Of a stretch of 64,000 nucleotides of DNA, positions 49,401 to 57,874 are shown one piece after another. The notes under the pieces were generated by a model that made no database searches, was not told the DNA's origin, and saw nothing but the letters and a program-made list of their open reading frames with translations. Where the stretch lies: NCBI GenBank assembly GCA_049964715.1, contig JBMFXB010000001.1, forward strand, positions 34,085 to 98,084. Reading direction: 5' to 3'. Numbering within the stretch: position 1 is the first letter of the stretch; every line of letters starts with the position of its first letter. The stretch is from Candidatus Dormibacteria bacterium (GTDB lineage Bacteria; Chloroflexota; Dormibacteria; Aeolococcales; Aeolococcaceae). A program made the position numbers and the translations under genes.

Positions 49401-50288
49401 TACAAGGCTTGCAGACCCTCCATTAGACAGTGTGGAAGAGCCTGCAGCAGAGCCATCAACAGTGAACGTAACTGTGCCAGTGGGGAACAGGACACTGCCT
49501 TGTGCGCTCGATGCAGCAGTAACTGTGACTGCGGATCCCCAGGTGGAATCTGCAGGTGTAGCCGAGAGGACAAGGGATGTTGCTGCCTGCGAAACTGTAA
49601 CAGTGGTTGCAGGGGAAGTACTTGCTTCAAATCCCTGATCTCCACTATATGCAGCTGTAATGGAATTGCTACCAAGCGGGAGTGTGTCCACAGTAGTTGA
49701 CACACTCCACCCGTTGACAGCCACGCTCGCTATTGTCGAGCTCCCATCCAGAAACGTCATTGTTCCTGTTGGAGTTGCAGTCGTCCCGGTTCCTGTTCCA
49801 ATCTGCGCAGTCAATGTCTCGTCAGCACCATATGGGGGGGATGCTTGTGATGCTGACAGGACAACCCATGTAGGATTGAGCTGGACAGATTCTACAAATG
49901 TTGATGATGCACTTGCATTGTAGGTCGATGTCCCGTTGTACACTGCGCTGATGTCGTAGGAACCAATAGGAAGATCCGAGAGTGTGAGGACAGCATAGCC
50001 TGACGAATCAAGACTTACTGTTCCGAGATCTGAGTTACCGTTGTAAAAGGTGACTGTTCCAACAGTGACTGGAGTGCCTTGCGACGTTGTGACGGATGCA
50101 ATGAGTTCAATTGTCGTTCCGTAATACGCAGGATCCAATGTTGTCGTAGTGACGGTAGTGGTGGAAGAACCAGCTAGTGCTGTACTTGCCCCGTACACGA
50201 TGAGTGCAGCACATGCACCAAGTGCACTGACAATGCGCAGCCATCTGGCTACCCACTGACGCTGCAACTGCAAATATCGTCCCACCAC
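46452..50288 (-). CDS. Giant secreted protein made of >12 tandem bacterial Ig-like (Big) domains
   Basis: 1278 aa. Signal LRIVSALGACAALIVYGASTALA. Recurring ~90-aa units with TVTF.DG...LG...L...G.A.L......G.H.I.A.Y.GD pattern. Confidence 0.7.
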   Translation of the reverse strand: MVGRYLQLQRQWVARWLRIVSALGACAALIVYGASTALAGSSTTTVTTTTLDPAYYGTTIELIASVTTSQGTPVTVGTVTFYNGNSDLGTVSLDSSGYAVLTLSDLPIGSYDISAVYNGTSTYNASASSTFVESVQLNPTWVVLSASQASPPYGADETLTAQIGTGTGTTATPTGTMTFLDGSSTIASVAVNGWSVSTTVDTLPLGSNSITAAYSGDQGFEASTSPATTVTVSQAATSLVLSATPADSTWGSAVTVTAASSAQGSVLFPTGTVTFTVDGSAAGSSTLSNGGSASLVLPATLSVGTHTIGASYAGNADFAASTASPITVTIASAGTSTSLTASASTATVGAPVTFTASVQPTLNATVPIGTVSFYDGTNLIGTGSLTSQATASLTTSTLTVGSHTVTAVYGGDGNYAGSTSPAYIETITLIPTTVAFSASPSTAAYGTPITLTAQISSSSGSTVSSGTVTFANGSTTLGSSTVSSTGTASLVLYTLVPGTYSLTATYLGSSTDGSATSAPLSITVTMLATSTSLSVSATSAMYGTSISATATVIDATGAPVASGNVTFADGTTVLGSAPLNSQGTATLSLGALSVGQHSITATFSGNADDASSTSSATGVSISQATTSLSLVASAGTVQLGNNVSFTATVTAGTQTSAPTGTVTFSDGTTILGTASLSSSSATYTTSALAAGVHAVSATYSGDATYIGSTSPTVDVTVNVGATSTVITAAPSSPIYGETVTLSATVSGAQAGFPLGGTVSFLDGSAVLGTVNLGSQGTATLIVNDLALGTHILSAQYNGSSNYGGSTSAQSTLSVGISGTTTAIGESSASAAYGSVATFTATVTAPYAAPGSGNVSFLNGSTVLGTVALGANGTASFTTSSLGVGSYDISASFGGTLDFAASSSVGIAFSVTKDASTTTVAVSPQGGTYGTSVTISAHVTAADSPTGSVTFTDSSATLATIQINNGTASFTYIPGAGSYAYGATYSGDGSTFGSTAIPVSDSIARATPAVNLAINPEPALVNEQVTLTASLVLPQGTSASPTGTFAFAVNGASITSCTAVGLTNGLAQCVSVLPTGTDTITATYSGDASYMAASASGSDFVGGVATTVVVTSALQALHPHEQDSLTAMVTSNVTSVGTPTGTVGFSINGTVLQGCLSVLLTNGTATCSFTTGTPGTESVTATYSGSGVFLASSGNLNLTVGPNHCDLPGRGWHFGAYKFLLARFDCTPLPPPCDLPHTWQCIDHWIHAALSNDQGNSDEHAKGTIHSNVVIGIHSRASR

Positions 50289-50454
50289 TGCATCACCCCA
50301 TGACGCTGATGTGGAAATCGTATCATCGATAATTCCACGATACGTGGCGTTGCTGTGACACCCCCGTAACGAACTATCAGAGCAACCACAAGGACGTTAC
50401 AGGGACTGTATTTCATGCAGTGTACTGCTGGATGGTGATTGTCACACCTTCTTG

Positions 50455-52764
50455 TCACGAATCAGTTGCACATGGCCAAGCAATATCGACAGTTGTACCG
50501 ACATCACGAGTACTTGCAATGCTTATTGTTGCATCCTGAGCCTCTGCAAGTCGCTGGGCAAGCGACAATCCCATGCCCATGCCGCCAAAACTCCGGGTCT
50601 TCGAATTGTTCTCCTGGTAGAACTGGTCAAAGACAAGTGGCAGTGCATCTTCGGAAATACCTATGCCCTTGTCAGAGACAACGATATGACATATATTGCC
50701 CTCACGACTTCCAACCACCTCAATCACTCCCGACTCATTGCTGAACTTGATTGCATTGTGGACAATCGCTCGTATTACCTGTTCGAACCGCTGGGCCTCT
50801 GCCTGCACCTTCAGGTCAGATGGACACGTGAGGTTAACTGTCACGTTAAGATCCGACTGGAAAAGTCCCTTTGCATCATCGATTGCCTGCCTTAATGCTG
50901 GCTTGAGGGCAATTGCAGTTGGTCGGACAGTCAAGGTATCTGCACTGAGGAGTGAAAAGTCGACGAGTGTCTGGACGATGTCATTGAGCTGACGGCTATA
51001 GACATTGAGCTCCCGAATGAGATTCTTCTTCATTGCATCATCCCATGCATCCCATCCGAGTTCCATGAGTTCTGACTGACCCATGATTGTCATGACTGGC
51101 GTCCGCATTTCATGCTGGACTGTGGAAAGAAAATCAGATTTGAGTTTGTCGAGTTCACGGAGTCTCTCGACAGTAGCTCGCTCCTGTTCATACAGGTTCG
51201 TATTCTCAAATGCAATTGCTGCATAATTCGCAAGTGCTGCAAGAGCCCGAGCATCGGTATCGCTCAGCTCGTTTTGAGACTGGACTGCTATTGCACCACG
51301 AACAGTATTCTGAAACACCATGGAGAAAAGGTGAATAGACATATCGTTGTATGTCGTAGTGACCATGCTCTCGTGGGATAGTTCTTCAAGGAGATTCCCC
51401 GGAAGCGTGGGAAGCAGTGTTGCTGAGCCAGCAATACAAACTGGTTCAGAGGGTCCTTCAGCACTTCGATCGAGCTGAAAGAGGGCACAACTACTACCTT
51501 CACCAACAATGCGCTCTGCTGCCCGTATGACAGCTTCACCAAGACGCTCTTCACCAGTCGTTGTTGTTGTGAGAGCCTGGGACACATCACGAAGTCGCGT
51601 GAGCGATGCATCAATGTGGTGAATATAGTCAGATAGCTGACCTCGCATGATATTGACGTTGTCAGCAAGTTCACCCAGTTCATCATTGGAAATGTGAGGA
51701 ACTTCAGTTGCAAGATCTCCCTCAGCAATTTTCCTCACACTCTGCTCCAGCACTGCAATTGGACGTCCAACGAACCTGTGAACGAAGAGAAGTACGCCAA
51801 AAGTCGTGACCAGGACTCCCACAAGTGCAAGACCAAGGATGAGAAGATCGTCCTGCACTTGGCTCCCTGCAAAATCAGAAACTGGCACCTCCACTCCAAC
51901 GTACCCGACAATTGCTGCGTTCGTTCCTGCATCTGGTCCTGCAACTGCAACAAAACTCCCTGCAGTAGTGCCCACCCCTGGGCGGGAGTACAAGGCCTCG
52001 AAGCTATCCACATTGGAGTGATACACATCCGCCAGGGCAGCCGGAAGGGGAGCTGCACTCGTGCGAATTGTCGTGCAGGACGAAGTAGTGCAATGTGGAC
52101 GAAGTATGTATCCCTGCTTCCCCACGAAATACACAAAGCTTGTCTGATACTGCCCAACGATGCTTGAGTACAAATGCAACTGATACGGAAGGGGTGCTAC
52201 ATAGACAATTGCACCGAGCACCGTGGATGACGTACATCCAGGGACAGGCAGTCGGACAGGTAGTGGACAAATGGGAATTGCCACATCGTATGCAGGTTCT
52301 GTATTGCCGATAAACTCCACCCCTTCGACACTTGTACCCTGAAGCGCCTGGGATGCTGATGCATCCTTCGCAGTGAGCATCGGATTGTCCTTTGGCACAG
52401 TGGAGTACACAATAGTGCCCTCTTTATTGAAGACCACGATGTATTCCCCAGGAAGCTGTAGCTTCACTGTCCCTGAGAGTGCAGCAGCTATGGCATCCGT
52501 GGCATTTCCTGAACCCGTTGTTGGAAGCTGAACACCCTGTACAACATCTGGCAAAGCAACTATCTGCTGTGCTGCGAATTGTTCCTGTGGAGTCGTAATG
52601 TTCTGAAGCACCCCCCGGATAACATGAGCTCTGTTGTTCGCGTTGGAAAGTGCAGCATCACTCGTCTGGTTGTTGCGACTGACAATAATTGCACTTGTGA
52701 TTCCAAGAATGAGCACTAGTGACAACGTAATGCCAGCAATGAGCAACTTCGTTGCGAAGCTCAT
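50455..52764 (-). CDS. Sensor histidine kinase. Domain order: N-terminal TM, large extracellular sensor, HAMP, GAF-like, HisKA, HATPase. No cognate response regulator adjacent
   Basis: TM LLIAGITLSLVLILGITSAIIV. HAMP IAVLEQSVRKIAEGDL. H-box STVQHEMRTPV. G-boxes DKGIGI and GGMGMGL. Confidence 0.85.
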   Translation of the reverse strand: MSFATKLLIAGITLSLVLILGITSAIIVSRNNQTSDAALSNANNRAHVIRGVLQNITTPQEQFAAQQIVALPDVVQGVQLPTTGSGNATDAIAAALSGTVKLQLPGEYIVVFNKEGTIVYSTVPKDNPMLTAKDASASQALQGTSVEGVEFIGNTEPAYDVAIPICPLPVRLPVPGCTSSTVLGAIVYVAPLPYQLHLYSSIVGQYQTSFVYFVGKQGYILRPHCTTSSCTTIRTSAAPLPAALADVYHSNVDSFEALYSRPGVGTTAGSFVAVAGPDAGTNAAIVGYVGVEVPVSDFAGSQVQDDLLILGLALVGVLVTTFGVLLFVHRFVGRPIAVLEQSVRKIAEGDLATEVPHISNDELGELADNVNIMRGQLSDYIHHIDASLTRLRDVSQALTTTTTGEERLGEAVIRAAERIVGEGSSCALFQLDRSAEGPSEPVCIAGSATLLPTLPGNLLEELSHESMVTTTYNDMSIHLFSMVFQNTVRGAIAVQSQNELSDTDARALAALANYAAIAFENTNLYEQERATVERLRELDKLKSDFLSTVQHEMRTPVMTIMGQSELMELGWDAWDDAMKKNLIRELNVYSRQLNDIVQTLVDFSLLSADTLTVRPTAIALKPALRQAIDDAKGLFQSDLNVTVNLTCPSDLKVQAEAQRFEQVIRAIVHNAIKFSNESGVIEVVGSREGNICHIVVSDKGIGISEDALPLVFDQFYQENNSKTRSFGGMGMGLSLAQRLAEAQDATISIASTRDVGTTVDIAWPCATDS

Positions 52765-52983
52765 GCCGATCCGGTGCTGCTTGTGTTGCCCTGATGCAGT
52801 TCCCATGCCACACAGAATACGACGTATCTCCATGTTGGGGATGCAATACAACAGTGGAATACCCGTATCTGCCGAGAACTATATTCTCCTACGATACAGT
52901 TATGGGGGAACAAACATTACCATTAATTGCAACCGAAAGTCACCCCCTTTTCGAAGGTATCCTCGCTTTCGTACAGTACACGT

Positions 52984-53964
52984 ATGAAGAACTTCGTGGC
53001 CTTCGATCTCGAAACCACTGGTTTCGATCCACGGAGAGCCTCAATCATAGAGATTGGTGCTATCCGTTTCGATCGCTTCGGGCATGAGTTGGGACGGCTT
53101 TCCCTTCTCATCGATCCAGGCGGACCCATCCCGGACGTCGTTTCCAAACTCACGCATATCCGAGATGAGGATGTTCGTGGTGGATTCACCCAAGAGGAGG
53201 CTGTACGCATCCTGCTGGATTTCTGCAAGAACGACTATATCGTTGGCCACGGTGTCTCGTTCGATGTCGGTTTCTGCCAGGCCATAGTGAAGGGCGCATT
53301 TGAGAACTCCCTTGTCTTCGATACACAGAAGATTGCTCAGAAGTTGTACACGCCTGTAGAGACCATCCCTAACATCGAGACGCTTACAGAGCTCCTAGTA
53401 AACAAGAAGCGGATCCAGGAAGGAACATACACCCTTCCTTCCCTCACAAAGCAGCTCATCGACAACAACCTCATTCCCCCGGGACAGTACACATTCGAAG
53501 AACTTGCGCAAACATGCATCGACAAGAAACTCGTTCAGCGCGGTAGATATACCCTTGAGAACCTGGCACGACTCGTGGGTGCACGGCACTCCAACCCACA
53601 CAGAGCCTGGAGCGATGCACAGGCAACAGCCTCCTTGTTCAGAAAACTTCTCAAGCGGGCGCATGAACTGCCAAATGCAGAAATCTCGGCACTTCGTACA
53701 GACACGGATGTACAGCAGAACCCCTCCCTACATGAGTTCTTCTCAAACCTCGTGAGCCTCAAGCGTCCAGCACCCGGAATGAATAGGGAAGACAGTCCAG
53801 CCCCATCAGAGACTCCTCGTACAGGCAAGCGTCCCAAGCGTACTGTATATCGTCGTTGCCCACCTGCACTCATGCATCATGTCATTGCCAAGCGACGAAT
53901 TGTGCAGCCCCCAAAGCGGATCTCTCTCCGATCCACGCCCAATGGTGCTGGAAGAAGCCTCTAA
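52984..53964 (+). CDS. DnaQ-like 3'-5' exonuclease (DEDDh) with internally triplicated ~20-aa segment and basic C-terminal tail
   Basis: Exo I FVAFDLETTGF. Exo II IVGHGVSFD. Exo III HRAWSDAQAT. Three consecutive G-x-Y-T-[LF]-x-x-L units sit between Exo II and Exo III. Confidence 0.75.
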   Translation: MKNFVAFDLETTGFDPRRASIIEIGAIRFDRFGHELGRLSLLIDPGGPIPDVVSKLTHIRDEDVRGGFTQEEAVRILLDFCKNDYIVGHGVSFDVGFCQAIVKGAFENSLVFDTQKIAQKLYTPVETIPNIETLTELLVNKKRIQEGTYTLPSLTKQLIDNNLIPPGQYTFEELAQTCIDKKLVQRGRYTLENLARLVGARHSNPHRAWSDAQATASLFRKLLKRAHELPNAEISALRTDTDVQQNPSLHEFFSNLVSLKRPAPGMNREDSPAPSETPRTGKRPKRTVYRRCPPALMHHVIAKRRIVQPPKRISLRSTPNGAGRSL

Positions 53965-54003
53965 CCTCTTCTGGTCGGCAAAGCGGACCTTTCAGGCGAT
54001 ACG

Positions 54004-55125
54004 ATGATGCCCATGAAGATGACTCCCATGACCCTCTGGCATCGTGAACAGGGTGCACATATGAGTGCATTCGCTGGTTACGAAATGCCAATGCAGTACA
54101 CCTCAATTCGGGATGAACATCATGCAGTCAGAACTACTGTTGGCATCTTTGACCTCTCGCATATGGGTGAGGTCCGTATTACTGGTCCGTCAGCAAAGAC
54201 ATGGGTCCATGAACTCGTCACGAATGATGTCCAGCACCTTGAAGACGGGGGCATCTGCTACACCACAATGTGTACCCAGACTGGAGGCATCATTGACGAT
54301 CTCCTCGTGTACTCCGAGTCGGATGAAAGCATGTACCTCGTCATTAATGCGAGCAGAACTGCTGAGGACATCGACTGGATGAGGCAAAATGCTGATGAGA
54401 CCATTCGCATAGAGGATCTCTCAGAGGAGACTGCCCTCATTGCAGTCCAGGGACCACATGCTGCAGCTGTTCTCGAAGCATTGGGACTTGCTCCTGCTTC
54501 CCAGCCAGACCACTTTTGCTTTGTTGATACTGACCTTCAGGGGATCCCCGTACGGGTTTCTCGTACTGGATACACCGGTGAAGACGGTTTCGAACTGTAC
54601 ATCACAGGTAACCAGGCGCTAAACCTGTGGGAAGCGAGCGTAGCACTCCTTTCTGAACATGATGGGCGACTCTGCGGGCTCGGCGCACGTGACATTCTCA
54701 GGCTTGAAGCCGGTCTACGGTTATACGGCTCGGACATGGACACAACAAACTCTCCCTATGACACTGGTCTTGCCTGGACAGTGAAACTCAACAAGGTAGC
54801 ATTCATCGGCCAAGATGCTCTCAGGCTCATTCACGAGTCTGATACGCATTCTGCCTTCATTGGCTTGCGTTGCTCTGGTCGAACCATTCCCAGGCATGGC
54901 AATGCAGTACTCCATGACAATGTCCGCATTGGCACGATAACGAGCGGTGGATTCAGCTTCAGTCTTGGGTACCCTATTGCGACAGCCCGGATCGACCATG
55001 AGCATGCGAAACTTCCAACATATGATATTGCCATCCGTGATACCGTGGAAACGGCCGAACGGGTAGCTATTCCGTTCTATCGACGTGCCCAGTCACAAAG
55101 CAAGGAGGAATCCCGTGGGAAGTGA
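54004..55125 (+). CDS. gcvT: Glycine cleavage system T protein (aminomethyltransferase)
   Basis: MPMQYTSIRDEHHAVRTTVGIFDLSHMGE and overall GcvT length. Confidence 0.9.
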   Translation: MMPMKMTPMTLWHREQGAHMSAFAGYEMPMQYTSIRDEHHAVRTTVGIFDLSHMGEVRITGPSAKTWVHELVTNDVQHLEDGGICYTTMCTQTGGIIDDLLVYSESDESMYLVINASRTAEDIDWMRQNADETIRIEDLSEETALIAVQGPHAAAVLEALGLAPASQPDHFCFVDTDLQGIPVRVSRTGYTGEDGFELYITGNQALNLWEASVALLSEHDGRLCGLGARDILRLEAGLRLYGSDMDTTNSPYDTGLAWTVKLNKVAFIGQDALRLIHESDTHSAFIGLRCSGRTIPRHGNAVLHDNVRIGTITSGGFSFSLGYPIATARIDHEHAKLPTYDIAIRDTVETAERVAIPFYRRAQSQSKEESRGK

Positions 55126-55495
55126 TCTGTCCGACCTTCGGTTCACAGCGACACATGAATGGGTTCGTGTGGACAACGACACAGCAACAGTAGGCATCAC
55201 TGACCATGCCCAGTCCCAGCTGGGAGATGTCATTTTTGTTGATCTTCCAAAGGTTGGGAGCGTCATAACCGCAGGTGAGCGCATTGGTACTATCGAATCC
55301 GTCAAAGCAGCAAGTGATCTCTACGCTCCTGTTTCCGGCACGATCCTCGAATCGAATTCCGCACTGACTGATGCACCCGAACTCATCAATGCTCACCCGT
55401 ATGATGATGGGTGGCTCATCCGCATCCAGCCATTCAGTCTTCCTGATACACCGCTTCTTACTCATGAGGAGTACGAGGCACGGGCAAATGGCTAG
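55115..55495 (+). CDS. gcvH: Glycine cleavage system H protein (lipoyl carrier)
   Basis: GTG at 55115 with AGGAGG 6 nt upstream, overlapping the gcvT stop. THEWVRVD...VGITDHAQSQLGDVIFVDLP...ESVKAASDLYAPVSG (lipoyl-Lys motif). Confidence 0.85.
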   Translation: MGSDLSDLRFTATHEWVRVDNDTATVGITDHAQSQLGDVIFVDLPKVGSVITAGERIGTIESVKAASDLYAPVSGTILESNSALTDAPELINAHPYDDGWLIRIQPFSLPDTPLLTHEEYEARANG

Positions 55496-55537
55496 TGCCC
55501 CGCAGTACCCTGTACTTCCGGTACATTGAATGAGTAT

Positions 55538-55614
<77 letters not shown>

Positions 55615-55645
55615 CTGCTCCGACGATCGTTCCCGAGGAGAAGGG

Positions 55646-56389
55646 ATGTCAACATACAACCATCCTGAAATTTATGATCTCCTCCATGGGACCATCAAGA
55701 ATTATGAGCAGGAGGCGACAAACATCATCTCTCTCGTCGATGCTCGTCTTCCTGAGGCAGCTACCCTACTTGATGTTGGTTGTGGCACTGGACTCCATCT
55801 CTCGCACCTCCAAAAGCGCTTTCGCTGTATGGGGATTGACCTCAGTGCACAGCAGCTTGCCATTGCACGAAAGAGACTCAAGGGAATCCCGCTTATTGAG
55901 GGAGACATGCGTGACTTTCACTTGGAGGAGCAGTTTGAAGTCATCACTTGCCTCTTTGGTGCAATCGGGTATATGCGCACGAAGAAGGATCTCGTACATG
56001 CACTTCGGACCATGGGACTTCACCTCAGAAGTGGGGGAATCCTCATTCTTGAGCCATGGTACTTCACGACCTCGTGGATTCCAGGACTCATTGTGCATGA
56101 AACGCTCGACTACCCAGACCTAAAAATTTCACGCATGACCTCGTCTTCGGGAAGAGGAAGACTTTCACGCATGGAAATGGTCTACATGATCGGAAAGCCG
56201 GAGTCCATCACAACATTCCGCGAAAACCATACAATGGGGCTCTTCTCAAAGGATGAATACCTCTTCGCATGTGCTGCTGCAGGATTCGATGCAGAATATC
56301 TTCCCACTGCAGGACCAAGGGGACAGTTCATTGCGTCCAGGCGAGCTGTTTCCTCCTCACTGGAGCAGCATCAATCATCTACCTCATAG
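55646..56389 (+). CDS. Class I SAM-dependent methyltransferase
   Basis: LLDVGCGTGLHL motif I. 247 aa. Confidence 0.8.
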   Translation: MSTYNHPEIYDLLHGTIKNYEQEATNIISLVDARLPEAATLLDVGCGTGLHLSHLQKRFRCMGIDLSAQQLAIARKRLKGIPLIEGDMRDFHLEEQFEVITCLFGAIGYMRTKKDLVHALRTMGLHLRSGGILILEPWYFTTSWIPGLIVHETLDYPDLKISRMTSSSGRGRLSRMEMVYMIGKPESITTFRENHTMGLFSKDEYLFACAAAGFDAEYLPTAGPRGQFIASRRAVSSSLEQHQSSTS

Positions 56390-56934
56390 ACGTGTGGGGT
56401 TGCATAAAGTGGATTGTCCTTGTACACAGCCATGACATCCGTATCCCTGAATGCACCATCTATCCAAGCATGGCGTTTCAGGGTTCCCTCCACAACGAAC
56501 CCTGACTTCTCGTATACATGGTGAGCTGCTTCGTTACCTTCATGGACATGGAGATACACCTTTTCCAGACCAAGGGCACGGAATGCATAGCTCACCACAA
56601 GTCTGCATGTCTCACTCCCATACCCCTGTCCCCACATGGTTGAGGGCCCAATCCAGATACCCCATGATGCGTTCCTGTTTATGGATGAGATTTCGCTAAG
56701 CCCTGTCACCCCAAGGAAGATACCGCTTGTTTTTACCTCGATAGCCCAGTGTATACCGTGCTCACCTGTGTGCACACGTTCGATGAACTGTTTTGCTGTT
56801 GCAGGACTGTTGGGAAGCCAAGCCCACTCACCCACATATCGTCCGACACGAGGATGACTGACAAGACGGGAAATCTCCTGGGCATCATCCTCCACAAGGC
56901 CACGGAGCCGAACAGTGGTGCCAATGAGATCCAT
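56371..56934 (-). CDS. GNAT family N-acetyltransferase (RimJ/RimL-like)
   Basis: ~187 aa. Acetyl-CoA binding region GVTGLSEI...IGPSTMWGQGYGSE. Confidence 0.75.
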   Translation of the reverse strand: MDLIGTTVRLRGLVEDDAQEISRLVSHPRVGRYVGEWAWLPNSPATAKQFIERVHTGEHGIHWAIEVKTSGIFLGVTGLSEISSINRNASWGIWIGPSTMWGQGYGSETCRLVVSYAFRALGLEKVYLHVHEGNEAAHHVYEKSGFVVEGTLKRHAWIDGAFRDTDVMAVYKDNPLYATPHVYEVDD

Positions 56935-56949
56935 GCTGATCGGGATCGC

Positions 56950-57327
56950 CTAATGGGAACAGGCGCGTGCTTCTCCTGCACCGTCCGCAGTTTGGAAACT
57001 GTGTCCACAGCTGCAAGAACGAACAGCATTTGGATTATGGATCGTAAAACCACCGCCAATCATCTGGCCTACGTAGTCTATCTCTGCTCCTTCAAGGTAC
57101 TGTGCAGAGTACGAATCGACATACACGGTAATGCCATCAAGCTCAATCACCTGGTCCTCTGCTGACGGTTGCTGGTCATCGAAGCCCATGCCATAGGAAA
57201 AGCCTGAGCATCCGCCTGGCTCAATGAACACACGTAGTGCCACTTTGGTTGCAGTTGGAGATTCCTGTGACTGCTGGTCAATCAGGCTCGTAAGTTGTGT
57301 CCGTGCAGAATCTGAAACGGTGATCAT
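56950..57327 (-). CDS. Iron-sulfur cluster insertion protein (HesB/IscA/ErpA family)
   Basis: MITVSDSARTQLTSL start with GAGGA RBS. FIEPGGCSGFSYGM and C-terminal CSCGHSF cysteine motifs. Confidence 0.85.
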   Translation of the reverse strand: MITVSDSARTQLTSLIDQQSQESPTATKVALRVFIEPGGCSGFSYGMGFDDQQPSAEDQVIELDGITVYVDSYSAQYLEGAEIDYVGQMIGGGFTIHNPNAVRSCSCGHSFQTADGAGEARACSH

Positions 57328-57433
57328 CTGTATATCCTCATATAATTGGTGCACCTTGAACCACCCAAATGGTGCCCTTCTGCTATTGTAGCGTGACTTG
57401 GCCTGCTTCACCACATCTCATCCCTGGACATGC

Positions 57434-57616
57434 TCACGACAGACAGGTCGCACGACTCCATATCCGGAGGATCTCCTGATGGATGGCATGGGCGAACACG
57501 CTCCCAATCCACACACCCGCCTCTCCGCAGACAAGGCTTGCCCCTGCAATGCAAAGTACCAAAAGTACTCGGATACCAAAGCTTTCGTGGTCATCGGACG
57601 CAATATGTGCTGACAT
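57434..57616 (-). CDS. Candidate small (60-aa) single-TM membrane protein upstream of the IscA-like gene
   Basis: ATG at 57616 with perfect AGGAGG 6 nt upstream. Hydrophobic core IRVLLVLCIAGASLVCG. No homology recognised. Confidence 0.3.
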   Translation of the reverse strand: MSAHIASDDHESFGIRVLLVLCIAGASLVCGEAGVWIGSVFAHAIHQEILRIWSRATCLS

Positions 57617-57874
57617 GGTCTTCCTCCTGTGCCCCCTCACCACAGGAGCATTCTCAGGAACGGCAGCGACAGCTGTCTGTCGTTACTGCAGACACCTCCA
57701 TAACCCTGATGCCTGCCGTTAAGTACAGCGTTGGAAACCCATGTTGTTGTTCGCATACGAAACTGATACCCGCTACATGAGGTCTCGTTGAGGCATACAT
57801 ATACCGGTCGTCAGCACGGACTTTCTGCCTAGGAGGGATCGGCCAAGATCTTAATGAAAAGGTGGAAGTACTTC

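Noticed and set aside
53965-54003. Glycine riboswitch upstream of gcvT
   Set aside because: The gap to the preceding gene is only ~40 bp, too short for the ~100-200 nt glycine riboswitch aptamers, and no conserved aptamer motifs were seen.
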